64,000 nt of DNA from Pecten maximus (GCF_902652985.1 NC_047031.1:12710001-12774000); one strand, 5' to 3'; positions 1 through 10,955 are shown, counted from the first letter of the stretch. Program-made: numbers and translations. The notes: generated by a model from the letters alone, not told the origin.

Positions 1-179
1 CTTTGGACAGTATTGTGACCTCAGAACCCCGTTCCGGAAGATGGTTTGGAATCAACATGTGTGCTCTCCCCCCTCACCTACGTCAAAATCAAACGGAGTA
101 TAACGACAGACAAATTGTTAACAGCACATTGCTCCTTTCCGTTCTTGGTACTTATTTGTTGATTTTATGAACCATAATA

Positions 180-655
180 AAGAGACGGAATTTGCCTACA
201 CAAATGGTGTCATTCTTTCTCCACACAGAACCACGTTAAAAATTATCCCGACCCTACTTACTGCAAAGCACACAGTCGACATCTAAAATGTATTCGAAAA
301 AGAGCAAAGAGTCCCAATACTTAGATCCGAAGAACTGGCAGGCATCGAAAACGCAAAAGTTAGATGATTCTAAACAACCCTGTGTAAGTAGGGCAAGCCA
401 TCCTAGACCTTTCGAAGAGTGTAATGTATGAATTTTATTACAAATACCTCAAGTCTAAATATGGAGACGAAATTAAACTTTTGTTTACCGATATGGACAG
501 TTTTTGTTGTGGCGTTCAAACACAAGATATTTATTTAGATATGTTTAGAGATAAACAGTTTTTTTGATTTTTCCAACTGTCCCCCAAATAATTTTGTGTT
601 ATGACACTACAAACAAGAAAGTTCCAGATTACTTTAAAGATGAGACCGCTGGTGA
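180..655 (+). pseudogene. Polinton/Maverick-type protein-primed DNA polymerase B, C-terminal relic
   Basis: Translates to NNPV*VGQAILDLSKSVMYEFYYKYLKSKYGDEIKLLFTDMDSF...FDFSN...DTTNKKVPDYFKDE, the region around the pPolB YTDTDS motif; contains stops and frameshifts. Confidence 0.8.
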
Positions 656-1022
656 GCTGGAAAGGTTGCAGTTCTTCTAAACCAGAGAGGATGGAAACTA
701 GAGACGAATTTAACGTCTAAAGTATTTTTTTTTTCTTTTTTTCGTTTTTTCTTTTTTTGCAGAATTTATTTTATGTACAAGTTTATATGTCTTTCTCTTT
801 TTTATGCTTTTAACTTTACTTTATTTATATAAACACACTCATATTAGGACATGTATTTTCAATGTTTTTTATTATTTTTTTAATATATTTGTTTAGTTTT
901 CAAACGGTATAGTGTTAAACTTGAGAGTTTTTGTTTTTACTGTGCAGTATTCCTACATCCTTGTAATTTTCAAAATTATATATTTGTAAACATGACTACT
1001 TTAGCTTTAGTTTTTTTTTTTA

Positions 1023-1190
1023 ATGAAGGTTGATGTAACCAAATTTACGGCTGGGAATGGCGAAAAATATATACATATAAGCAGAAATGGACAGACTTTA
1101 AGTTTGCATTACGAAGAGTACGAGGAAGTATGCCTCGTTAAAGAGGCTATTGGTTTGCAACTTCATATCTATATATATATATATCTGGAC
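1023..1190 (+). CDS. Possible PC4-like small ssDNA-binding ORF of a Polinton-like element, disrupted downstream by the Tc1 insertion
   Basis: VDVTKFTAGNGEKYIHISRNGQTLSLHYEEY resembles the PC4 beta-strand/helix pattern; lies just downstream of the pPolB relic. Confidence 0.3.
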
Positions 1191-1264
1191 GAGGTAATGA
1201 AAAAAAAAACCCTATCCAAAAATATTTTAATGCATCATTTTGTTTGTGTTGATAATTTAATATA

Positions 1265-2804
1265 TACTGAAACGAAAAAGAAACGCAACATGGAAAATTG
1301 TGATTAATTTTGTATTAAATATACATATCTGTATAAAAATCGCGGAAATAAACATGCACCCTGCCTAACACCCATACCAATCTTCAAAATCACCCAAGTG
1401 TGACTAGAGACCTATGCACTTCCGGCGCGGTAAAAACATCAAAAACCGTGCCTGTACAAACATATGCGTTCTTTTTTCATTCAAACCAGTATCAATTCAT
1501 CACTAACATTGAGCCACATCATCGCCAATACTTTTGCAAACAATAATTCCTTTTACAATTATGCCACGGTTATCAAAGGTTGATAGAGGACGTGCTATAG
1601 CGATGCTTCTGGCAGGGAACACGCAACTTCACGTCGCTCGACAATTCAGAGTTCACAAATCGACTATTAGTCGATTAGTTTCACGTCTTAACGCAACAGG
1701 AAGAGTCGATGACCAGCCGAGATCAGGACGTCCACGCGTAACGTCGCGACGTCAAGACCGGGTTCTTAGGTTGGCACACCTGCGTAACAGGAGATTAACG
1801 GCCGCTGAAACGGCAAGGAATACGATTGGTAATCATAACCGTCGAATTCATCCCCAAACAGTGATCAACAGACTGCGTGAGGCTAATTTGCGTGCAAGGC
1901 GACAGTACGTTGGTTTACCACTAACACCGCAACGTCGAGCACGTCGTATGCAATGGGCAACGGCACATATGCCCAGACGTTTTCCTATGAGACGTTGGAG
2001 GTCTATGCTCTTCACCGATGAATCTCGATTCACGTTATTTCGAGCAGATGGCCGTCAACGTGTGTACCGGCGTCGAGGCGAACGTTTTGCTGACGCCTGT
2101 GTTTTGGAACACGACCGATTTGGGGGTGGATCAGTTATGGTTTGGGCGGGAATCTCCCATGGTTTGAAGACGCCTTTGGTGATAGTCAATGGGAATTTAA
2201 CGGCCGTACGCTATCGGGATGAGATCCTTAGGCCCCATGTTGTGCCGTTTGTTAGGCAGCATCATCTAACCTTTCAGCAAGATAACGCGAGACCACACGT
2301 TGCAAGAGTCTGTAGAGACTTTCTTGCGACACAGAACATTGTTCCTATAGATTGGCCTCCATATAGCCCCGACCTGTCCCCAATCGAGCATTTGTGGGAT
2401 GAATTAGACAGAAGAATTCGAAATCGCCGTAACCCCCCAAATACCCTCCCTCAGTTAGCAAATGCACTCGTCCAAGAATGGAATAACAGTCCAATACGGA
2501 AAGTCAATGCCCTGATGAACTCAATGCAACAAAGAATTAGAGATGTGATAACTGTTCGAGGAGGACACACACGATATTAGGGCACGGTTTCAAAACTGCT
2601 GCCATTTCAACTTGGATTCACGTAGGGTACTACCAATCATGACCTTCTAGCAAAGTGACCTGTTCTTAAAAATCTCTAAACATTTAAAGGATGTTACATC
2701 AATATTCAATATTAACTATTACATATGAAATTTAAACATAATGCTCACAAGTATTATTTTATTAAACCTACAATTTGAAGTTGCGTTTCTTTTTCGTTTC
2801 AGTA
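1265..2804 (+). mobile_element. Complete Tc1/mariner DNA transposon
   Basis: Perfect TIRs tactgaaacgaaaaagaaacgcaac (1265) and gttgcgtttctttttcgtttcagta (ends 2804), set in TA context, around an intact transposase. Confidence 0.95.
1561..2580 (+). CDS. Tc1-family DD34E transposase (intact)
   Basis: Paired-like HTH with GRPR; catalytic FTDE, QQDNA and SPDLSPIE with 34 residues between the second D and E; ATG at 1561. Confidence 0.95.
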   Translation: MPRLSKVDRGRAIAMLLAGNTQLHVARQFRVHKSTISRLVSRLNATGRVDDQPRSGRPRVTSRRQDRVLRLAHLRNRRLTAAETARNTIGNHNRRIHPQTVINRLREANLRARRQYVGLPLTPQRRARRMQWATAHMPRRFPMRRWRSMLFTDESRFTLFRADGRQRVYRRRGERFADACVLEHDRFGGGSVMVWAGISHGLKTPLVIVNGNLTAVRYRDEILRPHVVPFVRQHHLTFQQDNARPHVARVCRDFLATQNIVPIDWPPYSPDLSPIEHLWDELDRRIRNRRNPPNTLPQLANALVQEWNNSPIRKVNALMNSMQQRIRDVITVRGGHTRY

Positions 2805-3699
2805 TATATATTCCATCTTCAGCCTGTGCCCGAGTTTACCAGAGCTACTTCGACTTGTACCGATTCGCCGGCATCTAAACCTGCATCACCGGTACCTATA
2901 CCTGCGCAGATTCCAGCTCAGAATGTACATTGTAACGTTACAATTGACACCTGTAGAGAGGATCCTGTATGGGTCTTATCCCTGTATAAACTTGGCAGAT
3001 AGAGGAGGGCCACCACCGTCCTATCTGGCATCGATACCACCCATACAAACATAACAAGCAGTAACTGCTCAATTCTACCTATGCAGTATTTAATTTTTTT
3101 CAAAACTAGTTCAAAACTAATTGGAAAACTATCTAAACCTTTAGAAATAGTTTCAATTTATTAACATATCGCATAGATAAGATTGGATGTTTTCTGCTAA
3201 ATGTATCGTAGATATACGAGGACGTATTATCAACCATGATAGAAAATGTATACCCACTAGTTTAATATCTTTTTTAGTATTTTTTGTAACATTAATTATA
3301 AACGCTTCCTTAATTTGTAAAATGTACAATATATAATCAAAAAGCTTGCATTTCGACAAGCATGTACAGCAATTAGTATGAAGTATTTTTAACATTAATT
3401 ATCGATAGGAAAACAATCAGTAAACTTGTAAAATGTACAATAAAAGCTTGTATTTCGACAAGGTGTGCTCGTAAACTTTATGATGGAGATCGAGGCAAGT
3501 TTTAGCAGTGGATTCAAGATATTGAGAAACGGGCACAAGTCACAAACAACCACGACAAAAAACATATTTTAGCTGTTCAATCTTCGACTGACCCTGTAAG
3601 CGAATACCTCCAAAGGTTTGTACGGGGGGGGGGGGGGGGGGGGGGGAGGGATGAAAATCCCAGGTGGGAAACTTTGAACGAAACAACTTACTTAATGTT

Positions 3700-4490
3700 T
3701 TGTGAATATTCAGGGTCCTTCTCATGCATTTGCCCTTTTAAAACAAATTCGTCAGCGCATTGACGAATCCATTCAACTGTTTGCGCAGCGTATCCTTTCA
3801 CTCGCGGAAAAGGTATATGAAGACACAGACTTATCAAAATCTTGTTATTGCCAGCAACTTTTTTGAGGATGGGTTGGAGTTACCCGATATTCGGTTAAAA
3901 GTTATGCGTGAGGAATTTACAGAATTTGACCGGGCTGTTGCTTGTCCCATGAGAGAAATAAACATTCGCCACGAATTCAATATTAGGTCACAATACACAC
4001 CAGACTTGCTTCCTAACACACACACACACAAAACCTTACACAAATACATTGCAAGAGATAAGTGGAGCCTGTGCAGATTGAAGCGTCGCGTCAGAGGTCT
4101 GTGAACACGTACACACGACACAATCATACACAAACAAACAAATCAAGGAGTCGGCCACCTGAATACCACAACTCTTATTATGCACACAAAAATTATCACA
4201 ACACTACCGTCACCAAACCACACTCTCCAAAATAATGCACAAGGACAATATCCACACAGGTGTACCAAGTCTACATGTCAATATAGTCCTCAAGGCCACA
4301 AGCAAACACGCGACAGACGTCAACAAACACAACACAATAACCGTTATGCAAACAACCATTTCAATACACGCTCAATCAAATCGACTGTCTTACATAACAA
4401 ACATTGTAGGTGGAACTCCTAATTCATGTCAAATTAAGGTAGGAAAACAAAAATATAGGAGTTTACTAGACAGTGGAGCTGATTGTAGCC
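3700..4490 (+). pseudogene. Degenerate Ty3/gypsy gag-protease fragment
   Basis: PSHAFALL..IRQ..ESIQLFAQRILSLAE and FFEDGL..PDIRLKVMRE (gag); GTPNSCQIKVGKQKYRSLLDSGAD (aspartic protease); homologous to gag at 23.7 kb and 52.6 kb. Confidence 0.8.
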
Positions 4491-5167
4491 AACAACAGAC
4501 GACAGCAAGACACAAGAATCATACAAAGCAGTACTAGAACAAATGTTGAATACACAAAACACTTTACAAAATAAACCAAATAAACTAAAGCAACATAACA
4601 TAATTTAAATTATATTCTTCTTACTAACTAAACATAGTATTTTCTTCCCTATTACAGAAACCACAGCAAGTCACAATGTTGTTTTATTTCATTGATCGTT
4701 GGTATTAAAATAAAAGAAAATGTTATTGTTCTACAAAATCAAGACGGATAATTACTTATTCCGTCAATTATCACGATTATGAAACTTCTTTTTTTTATTA
4801 TTTCTATGATGAAATCTTAAATGCTTATACACCAATAGAAGTTCCTAATACAACACAAACGATGCCCCAAAAATTCTGGAAGAAGCAATTATGCACATAC
4901 CAAATTTAAAACTTAAACTCAATATGCTTTCATTAAATTATCGTTCTCCAATCAAAATTTCGCCATCTCAACTTAGACAAATACTGTTAGGCATTCAAAA
5001 TTCACACTCACGTACACTTGCTCTACCTACTGATCCAAACAAAAATCTTTGCCGATACTATCAATATTATTTTTATTCCTGTACTTTTGAACGAAGATGA
5101 TATTCGTTCTTGTACCAACCCGTTTTATAATAAGTGTTAATTGACTTCCCCTTTTTACTCTTATTAT

Positions 5168-5458
5168 TTTGTTTATGTTTTACGGCCCATCGAAAACTAG
5201 GGTCATTTAGGGCCAAACAATATACTATCGTTTTTATTAGCTCACTTGTCCTAAAGTATTGAATGGATTTTCACAAAATTTGGTCAGGAACATCCTTGGG
5301 GGAAGGGGAACAGAGTTCGTATACATTTTTACTCTGAACCCCCAGGGGCCTGAGGGGCGGGGCCAAATAGGGGAAATAGCTACTTCGGAACGAATGAGTA
5401 GGATATGTGTGTCCGGTACGGAGCCGAGAGAGGACTATTTCCTCTCTACGATCCTTCT
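5168..5458 (-). mobile_element. LINE 3' end + HINE/satellite fragment + LINE ORF2 fragment patchwork
   Basis: 5168-5238 matches the LINE 3' end; 5239-5380 is the reverse complement of the element at 43.2-46.2 kb; 5387-5458 matches LINE 25557-25628. Confidence 0.85.
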
Positions 5459-5459
5459 G

Positions 5460-5590
5460 CGTTGCTGATAATGAACTAAACCACTATACGATCATGAACT
5501 TTAATAAAACTTTTAAGAAATGTCGTTTTGTACCAAACAGCTTTTCTGGTGCCGTGACCAGGATTTCCACGAAAACCACCACAATGACAA
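5460..5590 (+). mobile_element. Gypsy LTR end with tRNA-His primer binding site
   Basis: AATAAA followed by tggtgccgtgaccaggat at 5547, complementary to the tRNA-His 3' end; same PBS at 23357 and 53654-53670. Confidence 0.65.
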
Positions 5591-5720
5591 TTTTGTTTGT
5601 TTTACGGCCCATCGACAACTAGGGTCATTTAGGGCCAAACAATGGACCCATAGTCGAGTTTTGAACGAATAAGTGCCCTATAAAGGCGCAAGAGCATTTC
5701 ACGGTCCGCACCCCAGTCGG
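5591..5720 (-). mobile_element. Chimeric LINE piece (3' end joined to an internal RT segment) at the left edge of the viral island
   Basis: 5591-5643 is the LINE tail; 5644-5720 matches LINE 26626-26701. Confidence 0.85.
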
Positions 5721-5909
5721 CAAACAATTAGTTATTTGGTGGCGAAAAGTATATAAAGGGATAGACTAGTTATAAACTTGCTTATGGTTAACCTATCACC
5801 GCGGAACTCTTTTTTGGAATATTAGTTATACGTGTGTGAAACATGAAGAAGGCCATAAACTATCATCATCATTGAGGGACGATCAACTCAACAGACTAAA
5901 AAATCAGGT

Positions 5910-6278
5910 ATGTCTCCACCGATTATGAATGCTTTATCGGATAAGCGATCAAAGAAAAAAAATAATACTCTTAGCGAAGAGAGAAAAAAATTGAAACAAA
6001 AGCAAGTAAAGAAACGTAAGCAAGATACTAACATGTTCGAATACATCGAAATCAAAAAAACGTTGGGAACATACGAGGAACAGTGGAATGCGGAAAAGAA
6101 TAAATTAGACGATCTTAAATTTCAACACGAAACTAAGATGTTGCAGACGAATATCCAAGAGAGTAAAAAGAAAGTGGTTAACCTCGGAAGACTCATAAAA
6201 AGCTTAAAGACTCTCGCTAATCGTAAGGATCCAAATAAAGACGAAGGTTTGACTGTACATCAGGTAGCAGAAGAATAA
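5910..6278 (+). CDS. Basic coiled-coil hypothetical viral protein
   Basis: Intact 122-aa Lys-rich helical ORF; TATA (gtatataaag, ~5749) upstream and AATAAA at ~6326. Confidence 0.6.
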   Translation: MSPPIMNALSDKRSKKKNNTLSEERKKLKQKQVKKRKQDTNMFEYIEIKKTLGTYEEQWNAEKNKLDDLKFQHETKMLQTNIQESKKKVVNLGRLIKSLKTLANRKDPNKDEGLTVHQVAEE

Positions 6279-6359
6279 CGATTGTAAATATTTGTTTGTT
6301 TTATAATTGACAATTTTTAGATTGAAATAAATCTTTTTTGCATATATTCTTGAACAAAA

Positions 6360-7508
6360 ATGTTTTCTCTTGTTGTTGCCACGATTTTATCATTGGCTTC
6401 TGCCGAAACGGTACTTAGAGCTCAAGATGTGAGTAATTTCGATTCTATCAATATAGACGGTCAGAATGTATACGTTGGCGAATATTACATCAACGTCAAT
6501 GCCTTGACTTACGATTTTACGATAGTCAATGCGTCGAGTGTCGAGTATACGATAGGTACGAAGAGTGGTGTCGAAAGCGTACTGTTGGGTGAAGGCGCGA
6601 CATTTACCGTTCCTTCGAACGAATTGATTGACACGTTGTACGTAAAAACCGAAAACATGGACGATAATACGGTCGATTTGTGGTACATTCAAGCCATACG
6701 ATTTGTCTTGACTGTCGATCAATGCGAATCTGATATTCTAAAGTTTCAATTGACTTCTACACTGAAACAGTCGTATCCCATTATGGGTCGCGTCGAATTA
6801 TTGAATACCAATGATATAAATATGTGTTCTAGCACATCTTTGGTCGGTCCCATTTCTTTTAACAAACCGGCTTGCGGTATAGAATACGAAAAACCCGAAT
6901 TGGTGTTGTTTAGCACAAACGACGTATTTTTGACATTTCAAACTAGTCAGATGTTTAACGTGACTTGTATACAAGATTTCACTATGACTAGTGTAGATCA
7001 CGACGTTTCAGAAGTGACTGTCGAAGTCGACGAGATTCAAAACATTTACGACAGTGCGTATCTCGTAGATTTGAAAATTGTCGATCCTGAAACCGATTCG
7101 CTCGTGTCCGATGTATACGTAGGCGAAAGTGTAAAAATGGTTGTGAGTTTGGGATCGTTGTTTAGAAGAGATTTCGATATTAGAATAGACGAATGTAAAT
7201 TGAGCGATGTAACCATATACGAACACGGTACAGGTCCAACAACCGGATTGTTTACCGATTTTACAGAGACAACCGACGACGTGTTTGAATCAACATTCGA
7301 TGTATTTAGAGTGAATACGAATGCGAAAGCTTCTCAATTGGTTTACGAATGTACTGTAACCACTTGCTTGGGAGAGTGTCCTCCCATGGGCGGCGGTGGT
7401 GAATTGAGAAAGAAACGTAGTGTCGTGTCTTCTTTACTACCTTCCATCGAAGTGGGTCGAGTGAAATCATACAGAACTCTTGCGTTTTTGGAAAATGTCG
7501 AATACTAA
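6360..7508 (+). CDS. Secreted zona pellucida (ZP) module protein
   Basis: Signal peptide; four-Cys ZP-N pattern (CESD...C...ACGI...FNVTC); ZP-C (VYVGESVKMVV, IRIDEC, FDVFR, YECTVTTCLGECP) followed by furin site RKKR; no introns. Confidence 0.8.
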   Translation: MFSLVVATILSLASAETVLRAQDVSNFDSINIDGQNVYVGEYYINVNALTYDFTIVNASSVEYTIGTKSGVESVLLGEGATFTVPSNELIDTLYVKTENMDDNTVDLWYIQAIRFVLTVDQCESDILKFQLTSTLKQSYPIMGRVELLNTNDINMCSSTSLVGPISFNKPACGIEYEKPELVLFSTNDVFLTFQTSQMFNVTCIQDFTMTSVDHDVSEVTVEVDEIQNIYDSAYLVDLKIVDPETDSLVSDVYVGESVKMVVSLGSLFRRDFDIRIDECKLSDVTIYEHGTGPTTGLFTDFTETTDDVFESTFDVFRVNTNAKASQLVYECTVTTCLGECPPMGGGGELRKKRSVVSSLLPSIEVGRVKSYRTLAFLENVEY

Positions 7509-8031
7509 ATTGATAACCGCTGCGAAAAATTTAGAAAGCTCTATATCTATGATGTTTGCTCATTCGGATAGAAAAACCGTCGATAACATTGTAAAAAATG
7601 AACCGAACAATCTCGTCAATAGACAATTGAAACTCGATAGTATAATGTACACTCACGAGATAACCAATAGATTTGTGGAACAATTACACGAAAATGCCAA
7701 GTGTATGAAAAAGTTGGTGATGGACACGAAACGTTTATCTAGGATAAATCTGATAAACGACAAACAATCTGATGATATTGTAAACCGCGTCGAAAAAATC
7801 ACCGCAAATATTGATAATTCTCAACTATTGATGCAAGAAATAATTACTAGCGTTGATTATTTGAAGGTTCACGTCGACAGATCCATTGTGGATGATGACG
7901 AAGATGACGAAGATAGCGGAGATCTTGTTGTGAGAAAGAAAAAACCACCTCCACCGACAACTACGATTTTACCAGACGTACCCACGACATCTCCGTCATG
8001 TTCCGACACGTCTATGACTCATTATTCTTAG
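7495..8031 (+). CDS. Helical protein, possibly a divergent Snf7/ESCRT-III (CHMP4/6/7-like) homologue
   Basis: NRFVEQLHENAKCMKKL..IVNRVEKITANIDNSQLLMQEIITSVD..DDDEDDED..LPDVPT parallels Snf7 helices 3-5, the acidic tract and a MIM2-like LPxVP motif. Confidence 0.5.
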   Translation: MSNTKLITAAKNLESSISMMFAHSDRKTVDNIVKNEPNNLVNRQLKLDSIMYTHEITNRFVEQLHENAKCMKKLVMDTKRLSRINLINDKQSDDIVNRVEKITANIDNSQLLMQEIITSVDYLKVHVDRSIVDDDEDDEDSGDLVVRKKKPPPPTTTILPDVPTTSPSCSDTSMTHYS

Positions 8032-9836
8032 TGTGTACCATTACGGTCGTTGCTGCATTTTATAACGCAGACGACGGAGAATGGTTTAGACCGTGTTACC
8101 ACACCGGTAACGAGGCTGAACATGGATTGACTATTGTTACGCCGTACGTATCTGATATATACGATACCGGTAACATGACAGACCAACAATTTTTAGCTAC
8201 GAGTGGATTACCTGTCTGTCTGATAATGCTCCCCAGTAACGAAACGACGACCTTGGCAAAGTATAATTTTTACAGACTTTATCGCAACATGCCTACATTG
8301 TCTAGTGAAGAATACAGGAAACAGATGAGTGCTGTAGTTCGTCTGATGAATTATGATCTCGTGGAAGAAGGAGTGGCGTTTGGTTACAAGAAATGGTTCG
8401 GTAGACAAGATAATCGTGTAAAGGGTGGAGTTGTTCCACCGGAAGTGACAACGACCCTATATTATACGGACAAATACGAATTGTTTTTTTATTACGACGG
8501 TCTACCTAACGAGAAGGAAAGGAGAAAGATCGACCAAAAAGGTTGCATAGATGGTGGTGTGAGATACGGCGATTACAAGTGTCTGTTTTTAACAAAATTT
8601 TACGGTCATCCTTGGAACGACTGTGCTGGAAAAAACGGTGCCGAATTGTTCGACGTAGACGATACTGTGGTGTCTAGTTTGGAAGACTATTTTAGAATAA
8701 ACAGAAATGAGACTAAGGATCTATTTGTGGTGGGACAAGTGCGCGGCGATGGTGGTCACATAGGAGGCTACAATAGAATATTTCGTAAGGGTGTTAAAAA
8801 CAGAAATTATTACAACGGATATACCGTCGGTGATCCATTGACCATGTCGTTTCACGAATCTAGTCCGGTGCTTCACGACTACGATTTAAGTATACCTCGT
8901 TACGTGGTTTGTACAGAGACTGCATATAACGAGCGTGCCATGGTTAAATGCTCACAAGATAGGAAATACAGTTTCGAGCACGATTGGTGTAGACAATTCA
9001 TGTTTCCTGATTCGGAATACGAAAAGATGCTCGAATCTATACGAAACGCCGATAGAATTAAAAACTCGAACTTTACACATCTCGTATACGTTGTGAATGA
9101 AGAACCGTCTACAACTACAACAATTCCTACAACGACCACAACGACGACCACAACAATTCCAACGACTACAAAAATTCCAACAACGACGACAATAATTCCA
9201 ACAACAACAACCACAACAATTCCCACAACGACAACGACGACAACAATTCCTACAACGACGACAACGACGACCACAACAATTCCAACGACAACAATAATTC
9301 CTACAACGAATACCTCCACAATAATTCCTACAACGAATACCTCCACAATAATTCCTACAACGAATACCTCCACAATAATTCCTACAACAACGACCTCCAC
9401 AATAATTCCTACATTTACAACAATTCCTACAACGACCACCACGACTACGACAATTCCTACAACAACGACCACCACGACTACACCTACAACAACGACCACC
9501 ACGACGACTACTACGTTAATGAAATCCACGACGACGTCGATTATTGCAAATTCTTTTACAGACTATTTTCTGCATTGGGGTAATAGAGCATTAACGACAT
9601 CCACACCTACGACAACAGAAAATTTGACCGAAAGTGGTGAATTTATGTCTATGGCAGATACGCGATCGGATGATTATATTAGACGATTCGTGTTAATTAC
9701 GGCTGGAATAACGGCTGGCTGTTTAGTGTTTTTCATCGCTGTGACATTTGTCGGCATATGGAGTTGTAAAAAATGGAATACGAATTATTGCGATCAAGAC
9801 AAGACTGTAAAATATTCAGGCGTTTCGAGAATTTGA
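7998..9836 (+). CDS. Type I membrane glycoprotein: C-type-lectin-like domain + Thr-rich mucin stalk + TM
   Basis: Signal peptide; CIDGGVRYGDYKCLF...WNDCAGKNGAELF...YVVC CTLD-like pattern; (IPTTTT)n stalk at 9110-9515; TM FVLITAGITAGCLVFFIAVTFVGIW. Confidence 0.8.
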   Translation: MFRHVYDSLFLVCTITVVAAFYNADDGEWFRPCYHTGNEAEHGLTIVTPYVSDIYDTGNMTDQQFLATSGLPVCLIMLPSNETTTLAKYNFYRLYRNMPTLSSEEYRKQMSAVVRLMNYDLVEEGVAFGYKKWFGRQDNRVKGGVVPPEVTTTLYYTDKYELFFYYDGLPNEKERRKIDQKGCIDGGVRYGDYKCLFLTKFYGHPWNDCAGKNGAELFDVDDTVVSSLEDYFRINRNETKDLFVVGQVRGDGGHIGGYNRIFRKGVKNRNYYNGYTVGDPLTMSFHESSPVLHDYDLSIPRYVVCTETAYNERAMVKCSQDRKYSFEHDWCRQFMFPDSEYEKMLESIRNADRIKNSNFTHLVYVVNEEPSTTTTIPTTTTTTTTTIPTTTKIPTTTTIIPTTTTTTIPTTTTTTTIPTTTTTTTTTIPTTTIIPTTNTSTIIPTTNTSTIIPTTNTSTIIPTTTTSTIIPTFTTIPTTTTTTTTIPTTTTTTTTPTTTTTTTTTTLMKSTTTSIIANSFTDYFLHWGNRALTTSTPTTTENLTESGEFMSMADTRSDDYIRRFVLITAGITAGCLVFFIAVTFVGIWSCKKWNTNYCDQDKTVKYSGVSRI

Positions 9837-10381
9837 TGTTGTTGAACGATTTATGTCGTGCCGTGCCTAAAGAAGTGGTGGCGAGTGTTTGTGGTGGATT
9901 GTACGAACATATCAAAGATGTTACGACGAGGCGGCTACCGTCGACATTTTTTCAATTTTTAAAACATTGTGCTTTATTGATGTTGAAAAATACACTAGAA
10001 GAAAATTTTGATGATGTGACAACTGTTAATGATGTGATTAATTTGAACAATCTCGAAATAGATCGTTATTGGAACAATGTCGATTCGTTTAAGAATGCAG
10101 ACGAGGCAAGATGCATCATAAACGATTTGTTAATCAAACAATGTAGTATTTTATCGAGAAAATTGTACGACAATATTGGTGATAATCATCCTCGGTGTAG
10201 TGCGTGTATCATTGATGCAATCACTATGGGTACCGGTAGACAAGATGATATTTGTGATAATATGATGAAACGTAAGAGTACTTCTTTTACCGATACGTCT
10301 GTATACGATAACACTTGTTATCATGTCTTACTTAAATCTTGTGGTAAATACGATAAATTAATCAAGAAAAATATGCAATGA
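9836..10381 (+). CDS. Cys-rich hypothetical viral protein
   Basis: Intact ORF; likely start ATG overlaps the previous stop (TGATG, 9834-9838); alternative start at 9773. Confidence 0.65.
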   Translation: MLLNDLCRAVPKEVVASVCGGLYEHIKDVTTRRLPSTFFQFLKHCALLMLKNTLEENFDDVTTVNDVINLNNLEIDRYWNNVDSFKNADEARCIINDLLIKQCSILSRKLYDNIGDNHPRCSACIIDAITMGTGRQDDICDNMMKRKSTSFTDTSVYDNTCYHVLLKSCGKYDKLIKKNMQ

Positions 10382-10601
10382 CTCTTGCCCTCCTCTTTTT
10401 TCCTCCTCTGGTTAGACAATTTTTGGTTGTCTTTTTATATAAAAAAAATATATATATCGTTGCAAGCCGTTTTTTATGTCTTGAGCAAAGTTTTGTTCGT
10501 TCTTTTTGCTGCCAATCGTGGCTGTAATTAGTACTGGGTCTTGATGATTCTTACGGCTGATAGCCAAGGCGTTTTCTGTCTCACACTTATGTTGTACATT
10601 C

Positions 10602-10955
10602 TCAACTCAGTGATTTAAGTATCAATCTCTCCACTGTTTCTGTGGGGCGTCTTGGGATGTATTGTGTTTCATTCCATTTTCCTATGTTGTTTGAGCTGCG
10701 CTCTTTTTGCAATAAATAAAAAAAACGTATATAAATTACACATATCTCATGGTTTTTATTCGTCTTCCTTCTACATTTACATCGTTTGTACGACCAAAAT
10801 CCACACATGGAACCGAGACAACTACAACAAAATATCAAAGATACGAATGTCAATAAGACTATGATGATGATCGGATAATATTCCAAGACGAGACCGTGTG
10901 CGACATCGTTTATGGTTTTCGATAAGAGATCAAAATCAATGTCGATGTTTATCAT
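10602..10955 (-). CDS. Small single-pass membrane protein with juxtamembrane Cys cluster
   Basis: TM IIIIVLLTFVSLIF followed by CCSCLGSMCGFWSYKRCKCRRK; divergent from PolB across a TATA-containing spacer; 3' end uncertain. Confidence 0.55.
   Translation of the reverse strand: MINIDIDFDLLSKTINDVAHGLVLEYYPIIIIVLLTFVSLIFCCSCLGSMCGFWSYKRCKCRRKTNKNHEICVIYIRFFYLLQKERSSNNIGKWNETQYIPRRPTETVERLILKSLS

Noticed and set aside
5547-5564. tRNA gene
   Set aside because: Only an 18-nt PBS complementary to tRNA-His; no cloverleaf
8900-9529. 209-aa poly-Val ORF on the - strand
   Set aside because: Antisense shadow of the Thr-rich repeat
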